This document shows, in pieces, positions 27,713-39,368 of a stretch of 64,000 nucleotides of DNA. The position numbers were made by a program, and so were the translations under genes. Below the pieces are notes generated by a model, which was not told the origin of the DNA, did not search any database, and saw nothing but the letters and a program-made list of their open reading frames with translations. The stretch's first letter is position 1; each line of letters starts with the position of its first letter. The stretch is taken from assembly GCA_964016885.1 (NCBI GenBank), contig OZ024747.1:46314001-46378000 (forward strand), given 5' to 3'. This stretch comes from Eledone cirrhosa (Eukaryota).

Positions 27713-27938
27713 TTTTATGTTAAAAAAGTGGCTCCAGCGTTACTTTGGTGTTGCAAAATTTCTTGTGGTCAAAACAATTTTGATTGGTCGGTAGAGGTCA
27801 TGTGAGTGTAAAAAATTGATTTTGCGCCAAGACTGTTTTTATGTTAAAAAAGTGGCTCCAGTAACAATTCTTGTGGTCAAAACAATTTTGATTGGTCGGT
27901 AGAGGTCATGTGAATAAAAAATTGGTTTTGCGCCAAGA
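27713..27938. repeat. Tandem duplication (~105-125 bp)
   Basis: tttttatgttaaaaaagtggctccag...ttcttgtggtcaaaacaattttgattggtcggtagaggtcatgtga...ttttgcgccaaga occurs twice. Confidence 0.9.
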
Positions 27939-27963
27939 TTGAGAAATGACTCTTTCACAACAA

Positions 27964-28003
<40 letters not shown>

Positions 28004-28447
28004 CAGAGTAATTCGTGGTGGCAGGGATGGTCAGTAAGAATGTGTCTGAAAGCAATGGGGGGTATTTTAGCATGTCAAAAGATATTTTTCAGCTTTTGTC
28101 TTATACGGAGAAGTGCGTGTGTGTGTGTGTGTGTGTGTATATAAGTCTCTTTGTATGTTGATGTACGCGTGTGTATGTGTGTGTGTATATATGTGTGTGT
28201 GTGTGTGTGCTCGTGTGTGTGTGTGTGGGTGGACCACACACACACACACACGCTTTTTGAAAAGCATATAGAAATGCGCAACCGGTAAAAACTTAAAAAC
28301 TTAAAACCACAACTGAATACTAACCCATACAATCACTAATACTCTTTTATTCCTAATTAAACCATTTTTCAACTGTGAACAATTTGTCAGCATTTTCTAT
28401 TCCGTTTACCAATATATTATAACTTGTGTGTTACACCTCTATTCTTT

Positions 28448-28510
<63 letters not shown>

Positions 28511-28529
28511 GTATATATATATGTAAGAA

Positions 28530-28812
28530 TATTTTCGAAACAGCGAGTGCATTTGAAATTATTAGAAATGTAAACTATCGCCGTATTTTGACTAAAGAAA
28601 TTAAAGAAATTATTTAGCCTGATAGTGGGTTAAGAACCCTCGGAGAAATAGAAAAAGATGAGTATTGACGTACATGAGTATTGACGTACATGAGTATTGA
28701 CGTCAATACTCATCTTTTTCCATTTCTCCGAGGGTTCTTAACCCCACTATCAGGCTAAATAATTTCTTTAATTTCTTTAGTCAAAATACGGCGATAGCTA
28801 ACATTTTTAATA
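28530..28812. mobile_element. Foldback of the tRNA-headed element's tail, with a 15-bp triplication at the centre
   Basis: Arms 28560-28670 and 28701-28812; centre (atgagtattgacgtac)x2 followed by atgagtattGACGTCaatactc; (TA)n on both sides. Confidence 0.9.
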
Positions 28813-28834
28813 ATATATATATATATATATATAA

Positions 28835-29021
28835 CGAAGGAAATGTGGTAAGGAACCAGGTGGACCATAACGCACCAAAGTACTCAATACTTAGGGTAGT
28901 AGAGTGGGTAATAGGAACAAGTAAGACCCCGACGGCTGAGCTCAAGCCGTTTCGACGGCTAATTCTGTACAGAATTAGCCGTCGAAACGGCTTGAGCTCA
29001 GCCGTCGGGGTCTTACTTGTT

Positions 29022-29026
<5 letters not shown>
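28835..29026. mobile_element. (TA)n-flanked element with perfect 116-bp palindrome (28911-29026) of hammerhead 3' halves
   Basis: Centre ctgtacag at 28968/28969; arms contain GAA-ACGGC-ttgagctca-GCCGT-C-ggggtc. Confidence 0.92.
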
Positions 29027-29072
<46 letters not shown>

Positions 29073-29076
<4 letters not shown>

Positions 29077-29716
29077 ATGAGAAGAAAGAAGAATACTGCG
29101 TGGTTTGCCCATGGGTTACATATGATAAAAATAGTCCTTCGTCAGTGATTTTCCAACCATCATTGGTATTTCATCGCATTAAAAATCAGATACCTCAGGT
29201 TGGTGCGAGCAATAACTAAAAAAAAGTTATTGGGACCAGAATTTTCGTAAGGCGAGGGGGACAAGTAAACAACATAGAAGGAGAAAAGCAAACCGAAGAT
29301 AGGAAAATAAACAAGCAAGATGGTTGTCTGGTCAGCTAAGCTGGGTGGATTTCATGAGCGAGAGAGGTACAGACCGTGTTGATGTGTGTGAGATGTGAGC
29401 AAGAAGAGACCCTAACAAGCCAAACGGGAGGAAGTGAGAAGGGGAGAAACAGAGAGTGAGTGAGTGGAAGTGTGAGGAAGAGGTCAGTCGAGAGAAAGTG
29501 TAACTGACAGAGGGGGCGAAAGAAGGCGAGAGAAACAGAGAGAGCGGGGAAGCAGTAAGAGAGAAACAGACAAACGCAGCCGAGGTAAATATATATTAAA
29601 AAACATGAGAAGAAAGAAGAATACTGCGTGGTTTGCACATGGGTTACATATGATAAAAATAATCCTTCGTCAGTGATTTTCCAACCATTATTGGTATTTC
29701 ATCGCATTAAAAATCA
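29073..29716. mobile_element. Element with ~115-bp terminal direct repeats (period 528), (TA)n-flanked
   Basis: aaacatgagaagaaagaagaatactgcgtgg...catcgcattaaaaatca at 29073 and 29601, with a purine-rich interior. Confidence 0.88.
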
Positions 29717-29731
29717 TATATATATATATAT

Positions 29732-29775
<44 letters not shown>

Positions 29776-29778
<3 letters not shown>

Positions 29779-29918
29779 AACTGTTCGGATCTAGCTGTCG
29801 AAACGGCCGGAGCTCAGCCGTCGGGGCCTGAATCTTTTTATATTACTCACTCTACTACCCCATGTATCGAGTACTCTGGTGGTTTATGGTCAACCTTGTA
29901 TTTTACAACACCCTTTCT
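29776..29918 (+). mobile_element. Single-arm copy of the 26.4/28.9-kb family: hammerhead 3' half plus tail
   Basis: gctgtc-GAA-ACGGC-cggagctca-GCCGT-C-ggggcc, then tattactcactctactaccc..gagtactctggtg; (TA)n on both sides. Confidence 0.8.
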
Positions 29919-29977
29919 GATATATATATATACATATATATATATAAACATGGATATATATATATATATATACATGT

Positions 29978-30080
29978 ATATGTGCAAAATATATGTGCAA
30001 AATATATGTGCAAAATATATGTGCAAAATATATGTGCAAAATATATGTGCAAAATATATGTGCAAAATATATGTGCAAAA
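29978..30080. repeat. 13-bp minisatellite (tatgtgcaaaata) x~8
   Basis: Read directly from the sequence. Confidence 0.95.
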
Positions 30081-30730
30081 ATATATATAGACATCTACTG
30101 AAGCCCTGTGCATACATACGAATTATATATGTTTACAAAGACACAAGTAAACTATACTCTTACATCTATCTCTACCTATATTCCATGCTATATTCATAGA
30201 CTAATACGTAATTTTGTCGGTTGCACCTACTTATGAATTTTCTTTATATAATCTATAACCATTTATGTGTTTATAAACATCGTGTTATGTCTTCACTGGT
30301 GGCTTAACAATTCTTAGCATAACTTTTACTATGACCAGAGGCTATTTTACATTTCGAAATTTTGTTCCTTCTCTTTATAAAAGTTCCTGCAATCAAGATT
30401 ACTAACAGCTTTGTGCTCTGACCGGAAATAGAACGGTAAATAAACCGGTTTTTAAATTGTAACTATGGGGAGCAATGTTAGTGTTGAAGATGGTCTTGTA
30501 ATTGATGTTGTTGTTGTTGTTGTTGTTGTTGTTGATGAAGATGGTGCCAGTGGTGTTGATGGTGGTGGTAGTTCTATTTATGGTGAAGGCTGGTATAGGA
30601 ATGGAAGTGAACGTTTATATTATAGGGACGTAAGCAAAGGTAACAAAACGAAAACGAGAAGCAGCAGGTGAGAGAATACATCAAAGAAATTCTAAAAGCC
30701 ACCGTAAATGATTTCGAAATGATAACATAG

Positions 30731-30824
30731 ATGACGATGATAATGATGATGATGATGATGATGATAATGATGATGATGATGATGATAATGGTGGTGATGA
30801 TGATGATGGTGATGATAATGGTGG

Positions 30825-30856
<32 letters not shown>

Positions 30857-30982
30857 GTGGTGATGGTGATGGTAGTGGTGATGATGATGATGATGGAGAT
30901 GAAGACGATAATGATGAAAAGAAGAATAACAGAGAATCCGTGACTTCGGGTCAAAATTTATCCACTCCTGTATTTTCTACTT

Positions 30983-31037
<55 letters not shown>

Positions 31038-31048
31038 TACCACTACCA

Positions 31049-31084
<36 letters not shown>
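30731..31084. repeat. (GAT/GGT)n and (ACT)n triplet tracts
   Basis: Read directly from the sequence (30731-30915 and ~30980-31084). Confidence 0.95.
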
Positions 31085-31491
31085 AAATAGGCGAAGAAAT
31101 TCTATGAAATTTACCAACTTTCCTGCTGTGAAATTTAGCGTGATAAATTAAATTGGCTCATTTTGAATAGTTCAGAAAGAGTTAAAGCTAAATGCAACTA
31201 TATAAATGGTCATTCAGACACTTGAAAACATTGCAGTCAACAACAGTGTTCTTATCAAAGTTGTTAAGATAGAGAAGTAAGAAGAAGAAGATATTTTTTC
31301 CAAGAAATAGAAAATGCTTTACCGAAGAAAACACAAGGAAAAAGTAAAACTACACAGAGAAATAAAAAAATAAACATTATAAAATGAAGCTCCTAGACCA
31401 AAATAAACCAGAGATATATTTGTCAAGCATCTCTGAAGGAGGGAGGAAAAAGAATATTGATCTGTTTAGAAATATATATATATGTATGTAT

Positions 31492-31561
<70 letters not shown>

Positions 31562-31634
31562 GTATATATCTATATCTATCTATCTATTTATCTATCTATC
31601 TATCTCTCTATCTATCTATCTATCTATGTCCCCC

Positions 31635-31672
<38 letters not shown>

Positions 31673-32318
31673 GTGTGCGTGTGTGTACGTATATATATAT
31701 GCTTATATATACATACATATATGTTATATATACGTATGTATATACATATATACATATATATAACATACGTCTTGTAAAAAATAAACAACTTAATTCATAC
31801 CTAAGTAGTTGGATAGGTAGATTGATACATAGATGGACAAATTAACTTACATGCATCGCTGGAACATAGAAAAATTAGAATATAATTATACAGGAAAACA
31901 ATGTATATATATATACAAACGTATATCTGTGTGTTTATATATATATGACGAAACACGTGGTAGTCCCTTCTCACTAGCCGACCGCGTGAGTTCCTTCTTG
32001 TTTCAATTCTTTAAGCTCGCAATCACTAGCTCCAGTGCACACGTGACAGTAACAAATGGACAAAATTAGGACGATTTAATGTTTTGACTAGTTACAAATA
32101 AAATAAGATGGACGATACGTAGGTCCTACATGTCCAAACCCGACACGGAAGGATCAGAGAGAAAGTAAATGAGAAAAAGAGAGAAGGGATCTCTTCTAAA
32201 CATTCGGCAATGTATGTCAATACCCATGTTATGAATGTGTAAACTTCCACAGTTGTATATATTGAATATCTAATTCAGTACTAACATCGATATCACCTGG
32301 ATTATGTATATATAATGG

Positions 32319-32381
<63 letters not shown>

Positions 32382-32522
32382 TAAATATATATATATATTT
32401 ATATATATATATATACACATATATATCTGTGTATATCTATATATTGTAGTATAGTATAGTTATCTTCAAATGGGTATATATTTATGGGACACCCTGTATA
32501 TATATGTATATACATATATATG

Positions 32523-32632
<110 letters not shown>

Positions 32633-32774
32633 AATGTAACATTAAATTTGTTCGAATTATGTGCTTCTCAATAAATTAGCTCAATAGACAATGTCGAGAG
32701 CAATATTAAGTCAAAAGTAGAAGATATATGTGTGCGTATATATATATATATTTATATATATATATATATATAGG

Positions 32775-32990
32775 CGTTTGGAGTTAGAAGGCCAAAGCAA
32801 TGCAGGTATTGATATAGAATATAAATACAAATGCAAAAGGTATTGCTGACAATTAATCTTTTACCTTAAATTTATTTGAATATTCAAATAAATTTAAGGT
32901 AAAAGACTAATTGTCAGCAATACCTTTTGCATATTTGTATTTATATTCTATATCCATCCCTGCATTGCTTTGGCCTTCTAACTCCAAACG
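32775..32990. repeat. ~215-bp foldback palindrome next to (TA)n
   Basis: cgtttggagttagaaggccaaagcaatgcagg ... cctgcattgctttggccttctaactccaaacg; loopless centre ttgaatattcaa at ~32881. Confidence 0.93.
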
Positions 32991-33062
32991 TTTATACCTC
33001 ACTACGCAATGCTTCAAGTAAACTACAATTTCCTTCTTTCATATATATATATATATATATAT

Positions 33063-33095
<33 letters not shown>

Positions 33096-33155
33096 CATAT
33101 ATCCAGAGAAGACACAGTATATTGTATATATACTAAATACATACTACAAAGAAGG

Positions 33156-33746
33156 ACATGTATTCAAGATAGAATCAAAAGAGACCTTATGGTGCTATTT
33201 CGGTAACTGTAAATTGTGATTTAAAATTGTTCTATGTGAACGGATATCGATGGCAAATTATCGATTAAGATCTGATGCAGATTTGATGTAACTATAATTT
33301 CCGCTCCTATTTCTAGCGGAATGAACGTACACTTTATATATATATATCTTGCCTAGGGTTTAATGTCGTCATCGTCATAGCTGTCATAGTCTTAGTTACA
33401 CCATGTGTTTTTCCATGTGATCTTTAACATGGTGTTGCGTGTTAAACGTCTCTCCGAATATCTGCAAGTATATTGCTCTATATACTATTTTTTTTCTTCT
33501 ATTTTTCCATTAGAATTCTACAGACTGTACCGCTGATGAGTTTTCTGAATTTAACACACCAACCACACCATGTTACCTGGGATTGAACCCCCCCCCCCAG
33601 GTTGTTGTCACAACACATTTCTAAGAGGGGGAAACTCTGAAAAAAAAAAGAATGACATGTAGTCAAGATGGAATCAAAAGAGACTTTATGGTGCCATTTC
33701 GTTAACTGTAAACTGTAATTTAAAATTGTTCTGTGTGAACGGATAT
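33156..33746. repeat. ~90-bp diverged direct repeats ~500 bp apart
   Basis: gacatgta.tcaagat.gaatcaaaagagac.ttatggtgc...tgtgaacggatat at 33156 and 33654. Confidence 0.85.
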
Positions 33747-33995
33747 ATTATCGGTCAACATCATCGGCTTCGGAAGCCGATGATGTTCACCAGTTCTCCT
33801 TTTAGGGTAGTGTTTTCGATGCTCAGAGAGTGGGATTGGTCGACTTCAAGGCCTTTCCCCACTTAAAAAAACCTTCAAAGCACAAGAATTACTTGTTCAG
33901 GTTATGTTATAGGTTCGTGTGGCTGACCGTAGCCTAAAATTGCACCATTTTCTGTAATCTGACAAGCGATTGCAATACACTTGGCAGAGTTTGCA

Positions 33996-34040
<45 letters not shown>

Positions 34041-34041
<1 letters not shown>

Positions 34042-34420
34042 TAGCAGATGTACCCGGCGTTGCTCGGGAAATGAATGACACCCTTAATTGTTCAAGGTCA
34101 TTTATGGCTTAGCTAGCAATTTCTGAGTGCATGTCAGCTTATGTCAGCTAATTGGCTAGCCAATGAGAGATCGCCTCAATGCCACGTGCCAAATCGGCCT
34201 AGTACTTCAAAAGTTAAAAGGAGTCTAGTATTTGTACACAGACAGATACACACACAGCATCGATTTTTCGGCCTCAATATCGATTTTTTATATGCTCTGG
34301 CATATAAGCAACATGTGTGCCAAATTTGGTTGAAATCGGCCTAGTACTTCAAAAGTTAAAAGGAGCCTAGTATTTGTACACAGACAGACACACACACAGA
34401 CCGATTTGCTTTTAAATATA
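34041..34420 (-). mobile_element. Non-autonomous Helitron in (TA)n
   Basis: Minus-strand 3' end CCCGAGCAACGCCGGG-tacatctg-CTAG has the same hairpin as 27517-27544; the 5' end resembles tatatatttaaaagc..gtctgtctg; internal ~60-bp duplication. Confidence 0.8.
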
Positions 34421-34452
34421 TACATATATATAAATATATATTTATATTTATG

Positions 34453-34521
<69 letters not shown>

Positions 34522-34727
34522 TTATTTATTTATTTATATATATATATGAAAAATCAACGATAACTTCGAATCATTTCGAATCAATAGGCATATAGTTAAT
34601 CATACATAATTAGGTACAAAATCCAAGTTAGAAGAAATAATGTACATAAACATACCAAAATCATCAAAATATCTCTACCCCCGGCGTTTTCATTCCATTT
34701 TTGGATATATCCGATCTTGGATAAATC

Positions 34728-34803
<76 letters not shown>

Positions 34804-35035
34804 GAATCTGTAATCTATGGAAGGCAGGGTAGACACACAATAATTAAAAATATAAATTAAAATGTATATACGCACCTCTATAACTATATAGCACATGAGT
34901 ACAAATCCAAAGAGATCTGTTTCGCCAGGAAGTTGTTGACTGAAATGGAATAGCCTATGGTTCATCAGCGCGTGCAAGACTATATATTCCAGACAACTCT
35001 AAGAGAATCTAAAGCGACCGTCCAGCTACACGCGG

Positions 35036-35089
<54 letters not shown>

Positions 35090-35091
<2 letters not shown>

Positions 35092-35277
35092 TTATTCCGG
35101 GTTGAATCGGAGGTAATCACAGTAAGTAAGGTACTCAATACATAGCAGAGTATAAAAGTTTTAATATAGAAGAGCTTCTACAAGACTAGAACTGTTTCAT
35201 TCGTGAGAAATCATCCGGAAGCTCCTGATGATTTCTCACGAATGAAACAGTTCTAGTCCTGTAGAAGCTCTTCTATA
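35090..35277. mobile_element. Second palindromic copy of the 12.7-kb hammerhead family
   Basis: Palindrome ~35164-35277; the minus arm has stem I gagcttc/gaagctc with core CGGATGA; the plus arm has an intact CTGATGA (35225-35231) with a bulged stem I. Confidence 0.88.
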
Positions 35278-36454
35278 TATATATATATAAGAATAATTAT
35301 ATTTATTAAAATAACAGATTAAAGTTTAAGCAAAGAATCGCTGCTCTACGGTTCTTATATATTTGATATATATTTATCCTTATCGAGCCCTCTTTGGATT
35401 TTAGTCTTCAACATTTATTATTATTACTAAGAATAATTATATATAGATATATAGATATATATGTAGGCATATATATATGCACACGAGAATCATAAATATA
35501 TGCGAAAAAAATCTTAACAAAAAAGTTAAAACTAGAACTTAATCGTGTGTTGTCGCATTACGTTTATGTGGGCACAAACCCACACTCAAACCAGTCTCTC
35601 CCTATTATGAATTCGTATAATGATAGCACAAAACATGGTCATTGACTAATATATATACATGTACATAGTCACTCATACACATGCAAACACACGCGTATAT
35701 ATTTGACCAGAGTATGTGCGTGTAAATGTTTCTTCCGTTTGGTTACTCAAAAATTGATAATATCCATATGCTTATAGGTACTTTTACACAAAACGAAATC
35801 CTAGGCTCAATATTACATACATTGACTCTCATTTCTCATAACAGACAAAACATAGACGAAGTCAATAACGTCTTTTAAAGTTCATTCGTGCTTTTACAAT
35901 CAATTCTAGAAAATGACTTAACACGTCTCTTCCTATTTTAGTTATTTTGTTTTCTAAATATATTTTAGGGTGTCTCCTTATTTGTCTATTTTACAAACTC
36001 ACTGTGTTATTAGTATATTTTGGTGTTATATTTACGATAGTTCCAGTTTTACAGATTGGCCGGGTTTTTGTTTTTTCTTAGCTATTTGTCTATATATTTA
36101 TTTATGTATTTATTTTGTTTTCTTTTCTGAAGCCAAACACCATTATTTGTGTGGAAGTACAGTAATGAAATAAACCAGAATTTGTTTAAAAATCAAGAAA
36201 CAAACTCTGTATACAACTAATTCGAATTTAATATGAAGTTTTAGTTTGTATTCACCTCAGCTAACACTATTTTGTTTTTGTTTTTGTATTGCTAAACGAA
36301 CGGCAGCGTGATTTCGACTGATATCGTCTGATCTGTGTAAGAAATAGACTACTACCTGCAGGCTAAGTTATTCCGTTCTCTACCCAGAATCATATAGACA
36401 CCAAAAACAGAATTGTTAACAACATCCTATACCAAATAGAGAATGTTTCCAACA

Positions 36455-37035
36455 CTATTAATAATACCACTACCAACACTACTAACAACACTACTACTAA
36501 TCCCACTACCAACACTACTAACAACACTACTACCAACACTATTAACAACACTAATAACAACACTATTAACAACACTACTAACAACATTACTAACAACACT
36601 ACTAACAACACTACTACCAACACTAATAACAACACTATTAACAACACTACTAACAACATTACTAACAACACTACTAACAACACTACTACCAACACTACTG
36701 ACAGCACTACTAACAATACTACTAACTACACTACTAACAACACTACTAACAACACTACTAACAACACCACTATCAACACTACTAACAGCACCACTGACAA
36801 CACTACTATCAACACTACTAACAACACTACTAACAACACTATTAACAATACTACTAACAACACCACTAACAACACTACTATCAACACTACTAACAACACC
36901 ACTAACAACACTACTATCAATACTACTAACAGCACCACTGACAACACTACTATCAACACTACTAACAACACCACTAACAACACTACTATCTACACTACTA
37001 ACAGCACCACTGACAACACTACTAACAACAACACT
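36455..37035. repeat. 12-bp minisatellite (actactaacaac)n
   Basis: Read directly; it explains the TTLL and VVLL ORFs. Confidence 0.95.
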
Positions 37036-37550
37036 AATAAATCACTAATTGTTACCATTATCATCACCACCATCAAATAAATATATCCTTCCTTCATTGT
37101 AAGGTGGCGTACAAAAACAAAAGTATCAGAGCATACAAAGAAGAAAATGTTAGAGATATTAAAAAAAATAGCAATGTACTTGGATTGCAACAAAAACTGC
37201 ATTTGATAAACAACTGCAGACTGGTGTACACAGTATTGTCCTCCATAAGGTGGTTGGGATGTAGAGCAATATCTCTGAGACTACCGTATCGACATTGATC
37301 CATTCATCAAGAACAACAGCAATATCATCAGCATCACCACCAACTAGACAACCAAGGAGCTTTCATGTTGTCGTTTGCTCTGTTAAAATAACATTTATCG
37401 CTCAAATTATACATTATCATCTTAAATAAGGAAGGCTCCATTGAATAATGTGGTCCTAAATACTTCTTGTGAGAGACAAGAAGGTTGTCATGTGATTACT
37501 CCTGGAATACCTTTGATCATAGCTCTTCGTAATCAGAGCTCGTCTGATGA

Positions 37551-37870
37551 AACAAAGACAACTACGTGTCTGGCTGGACACATAGACAACAAACAAAGAC
37601 AACTACGTGTCTGGCTGGACACATAGACAACAAACAAAGACAACTACATGTCTGGCTGGACACATAGACAACAAACAAAGTCAACTACCTGTCTGGCTGG
37701 TCACATAGACAACAAACAAAGTCAACTACCTGTCTGGCTGGTCACATAGACAACAAACAAAGACAACTACGTGTCTGGCTGGACACAGAGACAACAAACA
37801 AAGACAACTACGTGTCTGGCTGGACACATAGACAACAAACAAAGACAACTGCCTGTCTGGCTGGACACAT
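37551..37870. repeat. 41-bp minisatellite x~8
   Basis: Unit aacaaagacaactacgtgtctggctggacacatagacaaca with no unique spacers. Confidence 0.95.
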
Positions 37871-38911
37871 TTAAGCACATACCCATGCATTCTCCCCATC
37901 ATTCAGGTGCGGTAAAGCGAACACTATTGATATCCTTTGACTAACAATAGTGTTCGCTTTCTTTTCTTAGAATTGGTAACAACAGCAACAAACTCAATTA
38001 CGTGTAGAAGATGCCTACTAAGAACAAAGCTGTAGTGGGTAATGAAGACACCACACATTTTCCCAAGTTTTAAAATATTTTAGCATGTTAGTCATTTTGT
38101 TTTTTGTGTGCTAAAATTATTTTAACACTGTTTAAAGTAAAAGACCTAGATGAAACTAACGAAGCGGCAGACACATAATATTGTCACACCTTTTGGCGTT
38201 ATGCTTTTCTATGTTCAATATTTCGACTTGACTTTTAATAATTGCAAACAAAAGACAAAATTGCATCAGAACTAGTATTTTCAAGTTTGGGTTACAAGGC
38301 TTTCATACCGGCGATGGAGTACAATTTCCACGTTTATATCAGTGTGCATGACATTCTAGACAGTTACCCGAAAAATACTATTTTAAGACAGACTACTTTT
38401 CGTATTCCCACAAACCTTTGGATTAAAGGACTTTCCATTATGATTTCTATCACATATCAATACTTCTAAAATTACGTAATACATGATACTCTTTCTTACC
38501 TATATATATTCATACTTAACGAATAATTGACATTATAAAACGGCATTAATGTTGGATAAAGTACGTATCACTTCTTTTACCCGTTTAACAGGAGTATTAG
38601 ACGATGAATTAAGAGAATCATTGAAGCCATGGATAGAATATTTTTCGATACTCTTTCCGGCTCTTTGAACCAAGGGTTCAAATTCCGCCGACGCCAATTT
38701 TGTCTTTCATCCTTTCGAGGCCAATAAGTGAAGTATTTCTTTTAAATCGTCTGTCGTTTTTTCTCTGAGTTTTTCTGGAAGAAGCCGGCTGTGTTCAGGC
38801 CAGGAGAGGGATGGGCTTCACTAAGTTTAAATGTTCAAGGCCTGCCGTAATTCGAGACGACTCTATCAGAAGTTCTTGATCCAGGGATTGATGGAATAGA
38901 AGAATATTATT

Positions 38912-39040
38912 AGAGTTATGGCCCTTTACGTTCTGAGTTCAAATTCCTCCGAGGTTATTCTTACGGGGTCGATAAAATAAAGCACCAGTAATGCACTGGG
39001 TAATTGCTGGCCCTGTGCCAAAAGTAGAAACAATTATTGT
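38912..39040 (+). mobile_element. Truncated SINE copy, preceded by an older SINE remnant at 38625-38850
   Basis: Core and tail match the family consensus. Confidence 0.8.
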
Positions 39041-39330
39041 TAAATTGTCATTGTAGGCGTTTCTCAGTTCAAACCAACGTAACGATTATAACGGCTGAGA
39101 CTCGATCTGTAAAACACTGAAGATATCCAATCTGTTGCTGTTAAGATTCTAGTCACATGATTACCAACCCAGCTACTTGAAAGTGTTGAATCTAGTATCT
39201 AAAAGGAAGAACTTCATTAATTCTCCTTCAACAAGTATGTAATTTATCTGTTGAAAATGTCCAATTCACGATCAGCCATTTAGTTAGACGTGCGATATCA
39301 TTATGAACCAGCAAGACGTTGAAAATGTAC

Positions 39331-39368
<38 letters not shown>

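Larger units (their letters stand above)
26585..28416. mobile_element. Foldback element (~160-bp arms) whose left arm is split by a Helitron
   Basis: 26585-26643 plus 27545-27647 together equal the reverse complement of ~28254-28416. Confidence 0.9.

Noticed and set aside
28254-28290. ttgaaaagcatataGAAATGCGCA as a decayed hammerhead in the foldback arms
   Set aside because: The core differs at several positions and the stems cannot be closed.
36443-37048. 201-aa TTLL-repeat ORF (mucin-like appearance)
   Set aside because: It is entirely explained by a 12-bp minisatellite, with no splice or domain context.
37551-37870. CRISPR-like array
   Set aside because: The units are contiguous with no unique spacers, there are no cas genes, and the context is eukaryotic.
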